Positions 13,364 to 31,000 of a stretch of 64,000 nt of DNA are shown one piece after another (position 1 is the first letter of the stretch; each line of letters begins with the position of its first letter). The position numbers and the translations under genes were made by a program. The notes below the pieces were generated by a model that was given only the letters and a program-made list of their open reading frames with translations, made no database searches and was not told the DNA's origin. The stretch comes from Monocercomonoides exilis PA203 (taxonomy: Eukaryota > Protista > Preaxostyla): assembly GCA_001643675.2 (NCBI GenBank), contig LSRY02000017.1, positions 1,488,001 to 1,552,000 on the forward strand, read 5' to 3'.

Positions 13364-14298
13364 ATGTCTTTTTCGTTTGAAAACGGAAAAAACCCTGATG
13401 AAACGCAAAAGAGCGACAGTACAAATCAGACAAGACAAAACACTTTAATATCACGTCCTGTTGCAAAGAATCAAGATTTTTGCGACCCTTCAACTTCTCC
13501 ATCACCAGATAATTCTTCAAATAAGCAGCTCAGGGCTGTTGAACCATTGTCACAATCCGCTGTCATGCTTCCTCCACGTCAACAAACTCCGGCTATTGTA
13601 AGAAACAATTCGGGCACAATCATTTTATTCATATTAATGGGAATAACATTTCTTTTTGTTCCCACGAAATATGCTATAATAGCAACTATTTCAGGGATTT
13701 TGTTTGCCATTCATATTCATTCTTTATGTTTATTCGCATGTGCGTTTTAATAGCTTTTTCTTTTTGCCTCGCAAAGCTGCGCTTATCATTATGTGCTTGG
13801 TCTATGCTCTTTTCCTTATAATGGCATCTTTGGGAATGTTCACACCTCCTCCTCCTCCGCCCATGGTTTGCACATATTGTCTTTGAATTTTGAATTCAAA
13901 AAACAATGTATATTTATATGTTTGATGCTTAGCAAGATGATTCTTTGAAAACAGAACATGCAACAATTGTTGATATATCCGCCGCAAGTTTGCTAAAAGT
14001 AAAAGTGCTTGGATGCGATCCAAGTGCTAAGGTTGTTACTGTTGACACTTCTTCAAAAGGCAAAAAAAAGAAATCAGGCTCCCATGTGATGGAAGCTGGA
14101 CCTTGTGAATTTTATATTTTGACCCCAGCAAAAGTTGGCTTAGAAGAGTTTAATGTTGGTGATTATGCAACATTCCAGCGAACACGAAATCCCGTTAAAA
14201 CGATTTTCCAAACCGAAACAGTGATGAAGCAAGTGTATCGCAATGAAGGCGATTTGAGGGGATTTGATATGGAGAAAGATTCATGGAAAAAAGCATAG
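13364..14298 (+). CDS. Hypothetical membrane protein (polar N-terminus, 2-4 TM helices, poly-Pro linker, small beta-rich C-terminal domain)
   Basis: ORFs 13364-13750, 13704-13886 and 13945-14298 can be joined by short introns (e.g. ATG|GTTTGC at ~13866). No family recognised. Confidence 0.5.
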
Positions 14299-14780
14299 TT
14301 TGCCAATTTTTTACAAGCAATGAAATAATTATTTTCTTTGGATTTTCTTTTTCTTTTTGCAATATTTTCTTAACTCATTAATCTTCATTTTTGATCTTTG
14401 ATAGTGAAAAAAAGAAGACTCAATAAAGCAATTGTAAAGAAGTCTTTATAAGCATTTTCCAAATTCTTAATTTCAAAGATTCGTATTAATTTTCCCGTTT
14501 CTTTTTATACAACTTCTATGAATTTGCTGATCACCAAAATGTTTTTACAAAAACTTGTTTTTATCTTTATATAAATCAAATAATCTAGTTATTTTTATAT
14601 TCAATTCTACTTTTCCAAAAGTTATAATAAAAAATACACAGAAAATTTTTTATTTTCTACCAAAATCTTGCAATACCTTTTGTTTTTCTTGAAAAAAAGA
14701 GTCTCACTTTTTAAAAGAGCCAAAACCGTGAATTGAACACCAGCAATTATTCTTTTCACACATGGTTTTTGAGATGATAA

Positions 14781-14785
<5 letters not shown>

Positions 14786-14823
<38 letters not shown>

Positions 14824-14886
14824 AAAAAAAAAAAAAAAAAAAAGAGAGAGAGAGAGAAGAAGAAGAAGAAGAAGGAGAAGAAGAAA
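14786..14886. repeat. Compound simple repeat: poly(A), then (AG)n, then (GAA)n
   Basis: Seen directly: two A-runs split by GT, followed by AG and GAA/GGA units. Confidence 0.9.
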
Positions 14887-15496
14887 TGTTGAACAACAAT
14901 TATTAAAATAATTACAAACTGATGGAATAATTGCTTGATTTAATTACAAATGTTTTTTAAAAAAGTTTAATACAAACATATTCATCATTAAAATTTCGAT
15001 AATTGCACTTAAAAAGAAAAAAGAAAAAAGAAAACAAAATTATGAGAATAAATATGATGATTTGGTGCTTTGTTCAAATAGTGAAAAATCCATTTTTAGT
15101 AATAATGAACTATTTGCTGGAACAACAGTAATTCAAATATTAATTGAAATTTCAACAAATTCCAATATAATACATATTTGGCTTCACTAACAAGTATTAG
15201 TTAGCATTGCATTTAAAATGTTCGATTGCTTTTGGAGCAATCCTTCTTTAAACAACATTTATTGATTTCAGCAAAACGTTAATTTATTATTATTATATTG
15301 GGTAAACAGTTTTGCGCCATATTTCACATTTTTTTCCAACAATTTGCAATCAAATTTTGTTTTATTTGAATCATAGATACATTTAACATTGATTTATAGG
15401 AAATATGAAAGAAAAAAATTTTTTTGGAGTTAAAAACAGTACAATTGGGTCAAAAGGATCGAACATTTTACTCAAGACCGTGGTGCCATTTTCGAA

Positions 15497-16201
15497 ATGA
15501 GCATGATGTCTAAACATATGATGCCACATGCTTCTTTCACTAAAGAGGACTCGCGCCCCTCGGATTTGCGGACAATATTTATAACTGGACTTCCAAAAGA
15601 TGTCAAGCTGAGAGAAGTTTATCTTCTGTTGAGAACACAAGATGGATTTGTAGACGCTACTGTAATGCAAAAGACCACAACTTCAAATGCATTCGCAACA
15701 TTTCGAGAGCCTTTACAAGCAGTCTTGGCAGTTTCAGAATTTCAAAATTTTCATTTTGATATTGAAGATCCATCATCGAGACTGACTGTACAACTTGCCA
15801 AATCTAATAGTAGATCATCGCAAACTACAAGTTTGATTCGTTTAAAATTATTTATTTCTCTTTATATTTGAACCTTCAAATTTTCAGTTGTATCGCATTT
15901 GCCTACTCATTCCAAACCTCAATCTTCGGATAAACCTTCAAAACCAAAAATTATTCATCATTACACTGAGCCAACAAGCACGCTACCTCTTCTTCCCCAC
16001 CCTCCTTCTTCAATGGTATTGCCCCCTCCCCGTCAATACGTGCAACCCATTACAACTATGCCCGAAATTCCTCAACCATATCAAGCATTGCCTATAACTT
16101 CCCCGCAGATGATGTTTCCTCAACCTTATCTTCATGTTTCACCAACTCATGAACTTACATACTCTGCTACTCGCCCACCAACTCAATTCTACCCTCGCTG
16201 A
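15497..16201 (+). CDS. Single-RRM RNA-binding protein, RBPMS/couch-potato-like, with Pro-rich tail; 2 exons
   Basis: RTIFITGLPKDVKLREVYLLLR...GF...AFATF...A..A....Q..HFD......L.VQLAKSNSR matches the RBPMS-type RRM. Intron at ~15831-15887 (GTTTGA...CAG). Confidence 0.8.
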
Positions 16202-17021
16202 TCTTTCTAAAATGTGTATAAAATTCTGAGCATTCTTAATATTTGTTTGATAATTTTTTATATGTTTTCTTCGGTTGTTTTTATTATCCTTCACTTTTCA
16301 TTCGGAAAACATGGGGATCCGAGGATCCCTAAACTTCACAGTATGATAGTTTTTTAATAATTTTTTGATTATGAACATAGAGGTGCTTTTTTTTTTTCAA
16401 AAGGAAAATTGAAAATTTTTCGCTGGTGGTCCATATTGCAAGTACTGTAAGTAGTTTGATTGGGTTACCAGATAGTCTATTACAAATTAGAGAGTAAAAT
16501 TGGACCGAATAAGCTTTTATTTGTTAGTATTTATTTTTTGTTTTATAAAGTCAAACATTTGGACCAAAGAATATATGTAGTATCATTAAGAAAATGTAAT
16601 TCATGTGTTGCTTTTCAGTTATCAACTGGCTTGCATTTATGTGAATGAATATTTTTATTTATTAAAAATTGAATACAAAATATTTTGGAATTTAAAAATA
16701 AAAAAAAAAAAGGAAAATCTGAATTTTGAGATATGTTCATCTTATTTTTATTAATATGCAACAATTCTCATTTCATTTTTGATTATTCATTTTTGTATTT
16801 TTTTTAATACAGTCGGTATTATGTCTCTAATTATTTCTTTTAACTGGAATATTTTATTGTGATTATGTTGATCAATATGTCAGTTGTGGATTACCTAGGG
16901 TTGATCTTTTTTAATGAAATGTTTGTAAATATTTTTGTGATGTGTTGTCCTTATTATTTATGTGCTAATTTAATAAATTTTTATGTATTATTTGTGATGA
17001 ATATACTTACAATGGTATAAG

Positions 17022-17577
17022 TGTGCAAACCGGGGCAAATTGCAATTGTGCTTGCTGGACGCAACAAGGGACGAAGAGTTGTGTGCCTAAAAAATCTTAA
17101 GAATGGATTAATTCTTTGCACAGGTATTCAAATTATTTTATAAAAAAGAATTGAGAAAATTGATTGCAATTTTAATTTGGATTTTTAATTGAAAATTATT
17201 GTTTTTTATCATTTTGCTATCATTGTTAAATAACAGGACCATACAAGATGAATGGAGTTCCACTTCGCCGCTTTAATCGTGCATATCTTATTCTTACAAA
17301 AACACGTGTTAATGTTTCAAAAGTTGATCTTTCAGGAGTGAGAGAAGATATGTTCAGAAAGAAGAAACTTCGTTTCAAGAAAGCACATAAGGATGACTTC
17401 ACCCAAAAGAAGCAAAGAGCACGTAACACAAAGAGGACTAAGGAATTACTTGCCCTCCAAAAGAAGATTGATAAGCCTTTGATGGCTTCAATCAGAAAGA
17501 TTCCCCGCATGCAGGGATACTTGAAATCATTTTTCACCCTCACAAACACACAGCGTCCACACATGATGAGGTTTTAA
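17022..17577 (+). CDS. RPL6: 60S ribosomal protein L6 (eL6); first exon not resolved
   Basis: CKPGQIAIVLAGRNKGRRVVCLKNLKNGLILCTG|PYKMNGVPLRRFNRAYLILTKT...QKKIDKPL...YLKSFFTL.N..RPH.M.F. An in-frame TAA lies directly upstream, so an upstream exon is required. Confidence 0.9.
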
Positions 17578-17869
17578 AGTCTCATTTCATTTCGTTGTAT
17601 CAAAATAAGTCATGAACTCTATTCAAAGAAAATTTATTCCTAAAAAATCAATTAAGAGGTGTTTCGTTGAAAGATTTCATCGAAGTTGTTTTTGTAAAAG
17701 TTCAAAAAAGAAGATTTTTTCGAAGTCAACTTTTCACAAACAATTCGTTAAGAATAATGCAAGAAAACAAGTAATTAATACGTATCGAAAACACCACATG
17801 TGTGTAAATTTTACAAAATAGAAGTGATGAAATATGATAAGAAAAAAGTTTGAGATGTTTGTGAAATGA

Positions 17870-18393
17870 TTAAATTTCTGGCACCCCCTCCATTTCTGAT
17901 GCCTCATTTATATCCTGAGTTTTCATTGCCTGTAAAATCACTTTTTTTGATGTGTCAAGAATCTCGCCAGCCATGAGAAGCTCTTGAAGAAGATAATATG
18001 CCTGTAAAATTTAGTATGTTTTTTAAAAAAAAATTTAATATATGATAATTATCCAAAAAAGCAAACCTTATGGAAATTAAATACCAAATCAAGCTCACAT
18101 ACGCTTCCGAAGTATGCGTCCAGCATTTCGACATATTGTTGGATGAGTTCAAGAATTACAAATTCGTTATCTTGTGGATCAATTCCAGTAATAAAATACA
18201 ACGAAGCATATTTCCTATACACAACTTTCAATCCTTTGTATTCGAGAAAATTGCACAGCTTTGATGAACGGGTGAGAACAGCCGTTGCTAATTCACGAAT
18301 TATTCGTGTTTGTTCTTTTTCTGGAGCTCCATCAAACCATCGCTGTAGCCTGCATTTTCCGACTCTATTTACGAGAATAAAAAAATGAATCAT
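17870..18393 (-). CDS. AP1S: Adaptor complex small (sigma) subunit, best fit AP-1 sigma; 2 exons
   Basis: GKCRLQRWF...CNFLEYKGLKVVYRKYASLYF...DNEFVILELIQQYVEMLDAYFGSVCELDLVFNFHK|AYYLLQELLMAGEILDTSKK. Confidence 0.85.
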
Positions 18394-18527
18394 CCAACAA
18401 GTCTAATTTTTGCTGAATAATAGTTTTATTTCCAATAAAAATTGAATTCCGCAAAATTAAGGAATAGATCAAAAATTATCAGTTAATAATAGTTTGTGAT
18501 CGAGAAAGATCAATATTAAAACGAAAT

Positions 18528-23511
<4,984 letters not shown>

Positions 23512-24385
23512 AAATTCAGATTGGTTTCTATGTTTATATTCTTTGTTTTTGAAGGCTTGCATGCTTTGTAATTGTATCACTATAACCTCATAACATCAAC
23601 ATATGTTTGTTTTCTTGCTGCGAAATTGGAATTTAACGTTTATTTTTTCTAAGCTTCATCTTCTGCTGCAATGGATGAATGACTTACCTTTGTTCTTAAG
23701 TAAACTTTTATGAGAACATTTTTCTTTCATTTCATTTTTTTCAATATTAGTCATATTGGAAGCGAAAATAGTATCAGAATAAATCTTCTTTTTGATGTTT
23801 CATTGAATTCAAAGAGCAAAAAACATGAGCTTTGAATTAAAACAATTCCATTTTGTGAGAAAAACATTTTTAACACCTTATATTTTGTTGACTGTTATTT
23901 CGTCGAGAAATGACAAAGCACATGAACAAGTATTTTGTCTTTGCAAATTGGAATTCACAATTTAAATTTTTAGACTTTGAAAAAATGCCAAAATATGAAA
24001 AGAACAAAAGACATTCATTACAAATTAGTTCGTTATGAAGTAATAGAATTCGGTGTTTTGCATGTTTTTTTTCTTGAACTGTATGAAAATAAGTTAAATG
24101 ATTAAAAATCTAACTCGACTGTGTTTTTATGACTCACATTCAAAATTAAACACAACAATTGTTTGTAAAAGAGAAATATTTAGTTAACACAGTCAAAAAA
24201 AAGAAAAAGAAAAAGAAAAAGAAAAAGAAAGACGTTATTCGCTCAAAATGAAAATATGAAAAATGATAAGCATAAACTTACATTCACCATCGTTCAAAAC
24301 TTACAAAGAAAAAAATTATTTCAAAGCATCAACAGAATTAGAGTATATTTTTTGGGAGAAAAATAATTAATGCTATTGACCTCAG

Positions 24386-25551
24386 TTAAACTGCACCCAT
24401 TTTGTCTACATCTTTATATCCCGATTTTGACTTCAGGCAAGGCGACAGGATGAACTTCACCCCATCAATCACAAGTCCTGGCACAGCCAGCCAGAACCGA
24501 ACAAATGGGATGATTTCGATCCCTTCCTTCTTCAGCCCAAACTTCTGAATATCCACAAACACATTGCCATCATTGTCATCATTGTCATCATTGTCATCAT
24601 TGCACCCAATTCCATTCGCATGCCCAACCACAAGCACAAAATAAAAAGCACAAAAACAAAAATCATAATTAATACGGAAGATAGAAAAGAAAAAGGAAAG
24701 AAAAGAAAAGATTGCAATGGTAAATATGAAATGGATCTCTCCTTCTCTCTCACTCTCTCTCCTTCTCTCTCTGTCACACCATGATTGGTATTCCTGCCGC
24801 AAAGTACAAAACAAGCAGCACCGACAAAATAATCAGCATGATCGATCCAAAGCTCAGCTTTTTGCTCTTTGGATCCTTTTTCGGATCTGGTTTGTTGGGA
24901 TCTGGCTTGTCCGGATCGGGTTTGTCTGGATCTTCAAGTGGACATCCGCAGGGCGAACGATGTGTAACAGTTATATAATAGTTTCTACAAAGTTTGAATT
25001 TTCTTATGAATCGCAACAACAAGCACAAAAGCAGTACCGATCAACTAGCGTTGGTTTAGATGTTTCTTTGTCGCAGACAACTTTTATTGTAAATGATCCA
25101 TCTTGAATTGCGTATGATTTATCTAAATGTTTCATAAATGTTTAAAAATGAAACGAATATATTTCCAATATCTTAAACATATTTTTCAAAAAGGAAATTC
25201 AAACATGTGAGTGAAAATCCTTCTTCGTCATCAAGCAATTTCGGGTCCTCTGTTTCAATTTCAGCAATGCAGTAGCATAAACTGGATATTGATAATGCAA
25301 CGCATTCTTGGTCACAGTTTGAAAAATCGTCTATTGATACATTGGAGTGAACATTCCAATAAACTTGTTCATCCTTATCTTTTGCTTGATATGGATCAGT
25401 TCTTTTGTCAAAAATAAATGAATAATCAATGAAAAATCTTAAAATTGCGATACCCATCCTTTACCAGTCCAGTTATATTGAAGCTTTTTCCTTCAATTTT
25501 CAATACTTCACTCTTCACTGAGACAAAAAGCAAAAATAACAACACAGACAT
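24386..25551 (-). CDS. ATG27 / cation-dependent mannose-6-phosphate-receptor-like type I membrane protein, copy A
   Basis: Signal peptide MSVLLFLLFVSVKS; Cys-containing MRH-like lumen (VYWNV...NCDQEC...LCYC...KVVCD...PCGCP); (DKPDP)n stalk; TM SFGSIMLIILSVLLVLYFAAGI; tail EGIEIIPFVRFWLAVPGLVIDGVKF, typical of ATG27/M6PR; YKDV sorting motif. Confidence 0.75.
24413..24905 (-). repeat. ~493-bp near-identical inverted repeat, copy 1 (partner 42786-43278)
   Basis: The reverse complement matches 42786-43278 across the stalk end, TM exon, whole last intron and last exon. Only one mismatch was seen (24894/42797). The spurious 81-aa ORFs at the two loci are identical. Confidence 0.95.
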
Positions 25552-25738
25552 TTTTGATCTTCTCCTTTATATAATCTTTTTCAAGATTATCGATCAAAAC
25601 AAATTTTTCAAAACCGAACAGTAATATTAACTAACCATTTCTAATTTGCAACTGAAACAATAGAAAACAATGGTTAATTACAAATGTATCAATAATATTT
25701 TGTAGTTATAAGGCATTCTCAATTCAAACAATATTTAG

Positions 25739-26142
25739 ATTACAGATATCGCATAAAATACCGAACATCGCAAAATATACCGGACAAGATCGATTTCACA
25801 ATAACCACAAGAGGAATAATTCTGACATTTTTCCTCAAAATACATCTCATCAATACAAACTCATTTGATATACAAAACATTCAAAATATCCTCATTTGTG
25901 CTCAGAAAAATTATTCATCTAAATCTCGGAGAAATAGAATTTTGAGTTTCTCCGAGATTTAAAAAATTACTCATTTCTGAGCACAAATAAAGCTGAAGTG
26001 AAGTATTGTTTTTTAAATGTGTTTGTTTTGACGAGATGTATTTTGAGGAAAAATGTCAGAATTATTCCTCTTGTGGTTATTGAGAAATCGATCTTGTCCG
26101 GTATTTTGTGCGATGTCCGGTATTTTATGCGATATCTGTAAT
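25739..26142. mobile_element. Imperfect foldback palindrome (~400 bp), MITE-like, non-coding
   Basis: ATTACAGATATCGCATAAAATACCG... pairs with ...CGGTATTTTATGCGATATCTGTAAT. The inner stem AAATCTCGGAGAAA/TTTCTCCGAGATTT closes a 12-nt loop (25935-25946). No clear TSD, so mobility is inferred only. Confidence 0.6.
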
Positions 26143-26437
26143 TTCTCAAACATAAACACATACGCAATTTGTTGGAATATATATTTTAATAAAAATTCTC
26201 AAGATTAAAGCAAGATAAATGCAAATGATGATTCAAAAATGTGAATGAATGTTCGAAATGCTCAAAATAAAAAATTTTTTTTGAAATTTCTGTCTTTAAA
26301 AAGCTATTCCTTAACATATTTTTTCTTTGTGATTATTGACAATCAAAATTCGTTTTTCGGTGGGAGGGTTGATTGAATTCACTTTGGAAGCAATTAGAAA
26401 AAAAATTATTCAATAAAAACGTTTGGCCAGAGGAGAC

Positions 26438-27451
26438 TTAGGGCCAACTTTTTAATGGGACTTTTTCCCTTATTGGCACTTTTTTTGTTTTTGACTGCCA
26501 ACTTTCAACAAACGTTGATTGGCTTTCAGTACTTCAAAAAACGTTTTTTACAAGTTTAACACAATTTATTTACAGTTTGTTTTTTAATTTTTGCTTATTA
26601 CACATTGAGAAATTACGTTTTTTTGTTAAATTTGAAAGGACTTTTACCAGCCAACTAGGCAACGTCCAAGAAATTGGATACATGTTTTGAATAGCAAATA
26701 CTATTATCTAACTACTTTTAAATTCTTTTTTTTCATAAACACTTTTTTCTTGTTTTTTTCACATTTCATTTTTTTAACAACATTCTAACATAAAACCGAT
26801 TATTTCTTTGTTAATATAATGAAATGATAAAAATAAAAATTTGATATGAAAAACAAATAGTCTAATAATAAAGTATTGGAAAAATGAAACATTAATTTTT
26901 TCTATTTAACTAAAACGGACAAATGGCGCTTTCTTAAAATAATCGATGATCAAGTTTTTGTAAAAAAGTTAAGTTCTTGACAAATAGTAAAAATTAATGT
27001 TTCATTTTTCCAATACTTTATTATTAGACTATTTGTTTTTCATATCAAATTTTTATTTTTATCATTTCATTATATTAACAAAGAAATAATCGGTTTTATG
27101 TTAGAATGTTGTTAAAAAAATGAAATGTGAAAAAAACAAGAAAAAAGTGTTTATGAAAAAAAAGAATTTAAAAGTAGTTAGATAATAGTATTTGCTATTC
27201 AAAACATGTATCCAATTTCTTGGACGTTGCCTAGTTGGCTGGTAAAAGTCCTTTCAAATTTAACAAAAAAACGTAATTTCTCAATGTGTAATAAGCAAAA
27301 ATTAAAAAACAAACTGTAAATAAATTGTGTTAAACTTGTAAAAAACGTTTTTTGAAGTACTGAAAGCCAATCAACGTTTGTTGAAAGTTGGCAGTCAAAA
27401 ACAAAAAAAGTGCCAATAAGGGAAAAAGTCCCATTAAAAAGTTGACCCTAA
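26438..27451. repeat. Near-perfect long palindrome: 470-bp arms (26438-26907 and 26982-27451), 74-bp spacer
   Basis: Arms were compared by eye and are reverse complements with only two mismatches, each near an arm end. The ends read TTAGGG...CCCTAA. Confidence 0.93.
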
Positions 27452-28033
27452 TAAAACGGGACAAAATTCTTGCTTTTATGAAAAAAACAAATATTCGTTC
27501 CAAACTTTTTCCACTTTCATATCATAGCAAGTCAAACATTATCATACAAAAATGTTTAGAAAGTTAAAAAAAATGTGACATTTATTCGGAAACTCTGAAT
27601 GGAACAAAATTCATAAAGCAAAAAATATCGTCCCAAACCTTGGAACAGATATAGGGCTTATTTTTTCCATTTATGAAAAAAAGAAAACTCATATTTGCTC
27701 CCGACTTTTTCTGAGAAAAAATAGAAATGAAAGTTAAAAAAAAATCATCTTTATTCTTCTCATTAAATAACTAAAAAACAACGTTATCGAGGAATATCCA
27801 TGTTTTTTTTCATTCAAAATTATTATTTCTCGAATTCAATTGAAATTCATTTATTTCTTAACAAAAAAGTTTAATTTCATTCAAAAATTTCACAAATAAA
27901 CAAACATGATGAATTAAAACGATCAATAATTCAATAATTTGAAAAGTTAAGATCATAAGAAATCCCATTTTTTATTATTTTAAAAAACAAACTTGAAACT
28001 GTAAAGAAATATACATATATTTTCGCAAGTGAA

Positions 28034-31000
28034 ATGAAGATTACATGCTTTAACGTTGTATTATTCTTCATTTGCATAAAGAATGTTCAAGATTGCTTCT
28101 CGGTTGTATCAACAAGATCACACCAAATTTCAGCAAATGCTCAAATAAAATCAATGTTGGGGTTATCAAACAAACAAAATGAATTTGAACTTGCCTCATC
28201 AACAAATGACAGTCACTCGTTGAATTCAAAAAAAGAAATAGACTTCAAAGATAATGAAACAATAATTCCCGAACAAAGCACTTTCCTGAAAGATAACAAC
28301 AATCAACAAAAACATGAAGATGAAACATTTGCTAACTGGGCAAAAACTTATAATTCAGTTCTTTTTTGGAAGAATGTTTCATTGAATAAAGCAGTTATTT
28401 CATCAAATTTAATACATTCCAATTGTTCATTTGAATTGAATAAAGTATTCTTTCAAAATGAACATTACCAAAAATTTTTCTTGAATTCAATCAACTCAAA
28501 CATTTTCGTAAAGGAATCCACTTTCATTTGTAATGACTGTTCAATTCAGACCCCTTTTAACATTTCAAGTGGAATAATATTCATAACGAACATCAGCATC
28601 ATTCATAACGATCATTTGAACAATCCATTTTCACTTGTAGTAACATCAGTCAATGTCTCTTCTAGAAATAAATTAACCGGATCAGTATTGATAAGCAATT
28701 GCAAATTCTCTTCAATGACTTCATCTTGCAATCACTCCCTGTTAGGAAGCAAGTATTTTTATCAAGTCAAAACAAAGCATTGCATATTCACGAATATCAC
28801 GGAAAACCAATGCGAAAAACGAATCATTCATCAGCTCCATACGGTTCAGACAAATATGATAGATAATTGTGAATTCATTGATTGTGAAAGACCTTTTTAT
28901 GGAGTTGTTGTTGAAGGTTCAACCTCAAACGAATTATTTGCATTTAACAGTTCTTTTGAACGTTCTTCTGGAACAATAAAAAACACAGATTTTCTTACCA
29001 CAAGAGGATCATTCGCTGAAGGTGAAACAATATTTGAAGAATGCTCTTTTACAGGATGCACTTCACTTCATGGAGGTGCAATTACAGTATTAAAAAATGG
29101 AGTTTTAAAGATCAAAAGTTGTTCGTTCTCAAAATGTAATTGCACATACACTCGTAGGTATGCATATGGAGGAGCAGTTTTCTGTAATGAAACAAATTGT
29201 GAAATTCACAACACAACATTTTTTTATTGTGTTGGAGTTGAGAATTATTCAATCGGAGGAGCATTTATTCACACACATAATGGGTTGTCTTTAATCAAGG
29301 GATGCAGTTTTATTGGATGTGAAGCGGCATTTGGTGGAGCAATTGCATGGGATGAAGGAGGAAGCGGATGTGCTTACGATTCAACATTTGATAACAACAA
29401 AGCAAGAACAGGCTATGCAGGGACTGTTTTTCTTCAAGATCAAAAAGTTATGTGCAATTTTTCAAATTGTTCAGTGTTGAGAGGATACTCACCACTAGGA
29501 GCAGCTGGAATTGATACTGCTGTTTCTTATAATGAATACAGATTTTCAATTAACTTCTGCTTTTTTGCGGAAAACAAAATGGAACAAGAGATGTATGCTG
29601 CGGACATTTTTATTGAAACGTCGTTCGAGCCTGATTATGGAAAGAATTTAATAACAAATTGCTATTCACTCTCCACCGCAAAAAGAAGAGTGGTTGTTTG
29701 TTCAAATTACAATGGGCAATGCGAAGATAATGACAATGAGAAGAATTCATGGCTCCCTATTCAACCAATTGAAATTTGTATAAAAGGATCAGGTACAAAT
29801 ATTTGCACATGCGGAAGAGAAGGTTCAGAATGCAAGACAGTAGCATATGGGATAACACTATGGAGATCTGATATGAAGCAAAATATCATTCTTGCAGGAG
29901 AAGAATTTATTGAAGATGAAATTTTATTAAATGGAAAGAGTTTCATTTTCGTTGGATGTTCTGACAAAAAGACAAAACTCAAATGCTTGGAGTCATCTTC
30001 AAATGAATGCCTTCTCGTCATTTCAAATGGATCTCTTACTGTTAATACAATATCTTTTGTGAGTGCTTTCAATAGAACAGTTATACGAATCGGATCAAAC
30101 GGAATAACTAGTTTCAATGACTGTTCATTTGAAAATGAAACTTCACTTATGGATTGTTCATGCAAAACACTAATTTGCATCGACAGTGGAAGTTTAAAAA
30201 TGGTGAACTCAAGAATGTGTAATTTTAATTTTGAGGCAGCAAGCTGCATATCAATTATTAATGCTCAGAAAATTGAAATTTCAATGTGCACTTTTGAAAA
30301 TATTATGAATGATGGAAATGGAGGATGTATTAACGCTGATTATCCTGATGTTGGGAATGAGCACAGTATTGATATAAATGGAAGCAAATTTATAAATTGT
30401 AACATTACCGGAACAGAAAACGAAGGAGGAGGAATGTTCATATCAATTTCCAATGGATGTTCGTTTAATTTAGCGAACACTGAATTTGAGAAGTGTGTAG
30501 CACCATTTGATATCGAAGAAAAAGGAAAGGGTGGTGGCTTGATGATAATTTTGAAGGATTTATCGTTTGAGTTCAATTTATCAGGAGGAATATTTGGCGA
30601 AAACAATAACGCAAAATATGGAAAAGACGTGTTCATTCGATCAATAAATCTTCTATCAGCCATCAATATTAACAGATTTTTATTTTGGAAAGAAGACGAT
30701 GCTTCAGATAAACTTATGGGAATGGAAAATTCCATACCTGACGTAGTTATTCCATTGGAGATTTATTTTCTACAACTTAAATCTGCAGTTAAAGTTGCAG
30801 AAAATGGAGTGGATTATGCAAAATGCGGTTTTGAATCATTTCCGTGCCAAACACTGGGATATTCATTTTTCAGAAAGAAAGGATTTATAAAAAATGTTGA
30901 GATATATGGAAGTGTTCAGGTTAATGAGAAAATGATAATGAATGATCTTGGATATTGCATCAATGGAGGAGAATCAATGAGCATTATGCGAATCAACAGA

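Noticed and set aside
14786-14886. Poly(A) run as a retroposon tail
   Set aside because: No recognisable element body, Pol III boxes or target-site duplication; kept only as a simple repeat.
26438-26443. TTAGGG/CCCTAA as an interstitial telomere
   Set aside because: Only one hexamer per end, which may simply be part of the inverted repeat; mentioned within the palindrome finding only.
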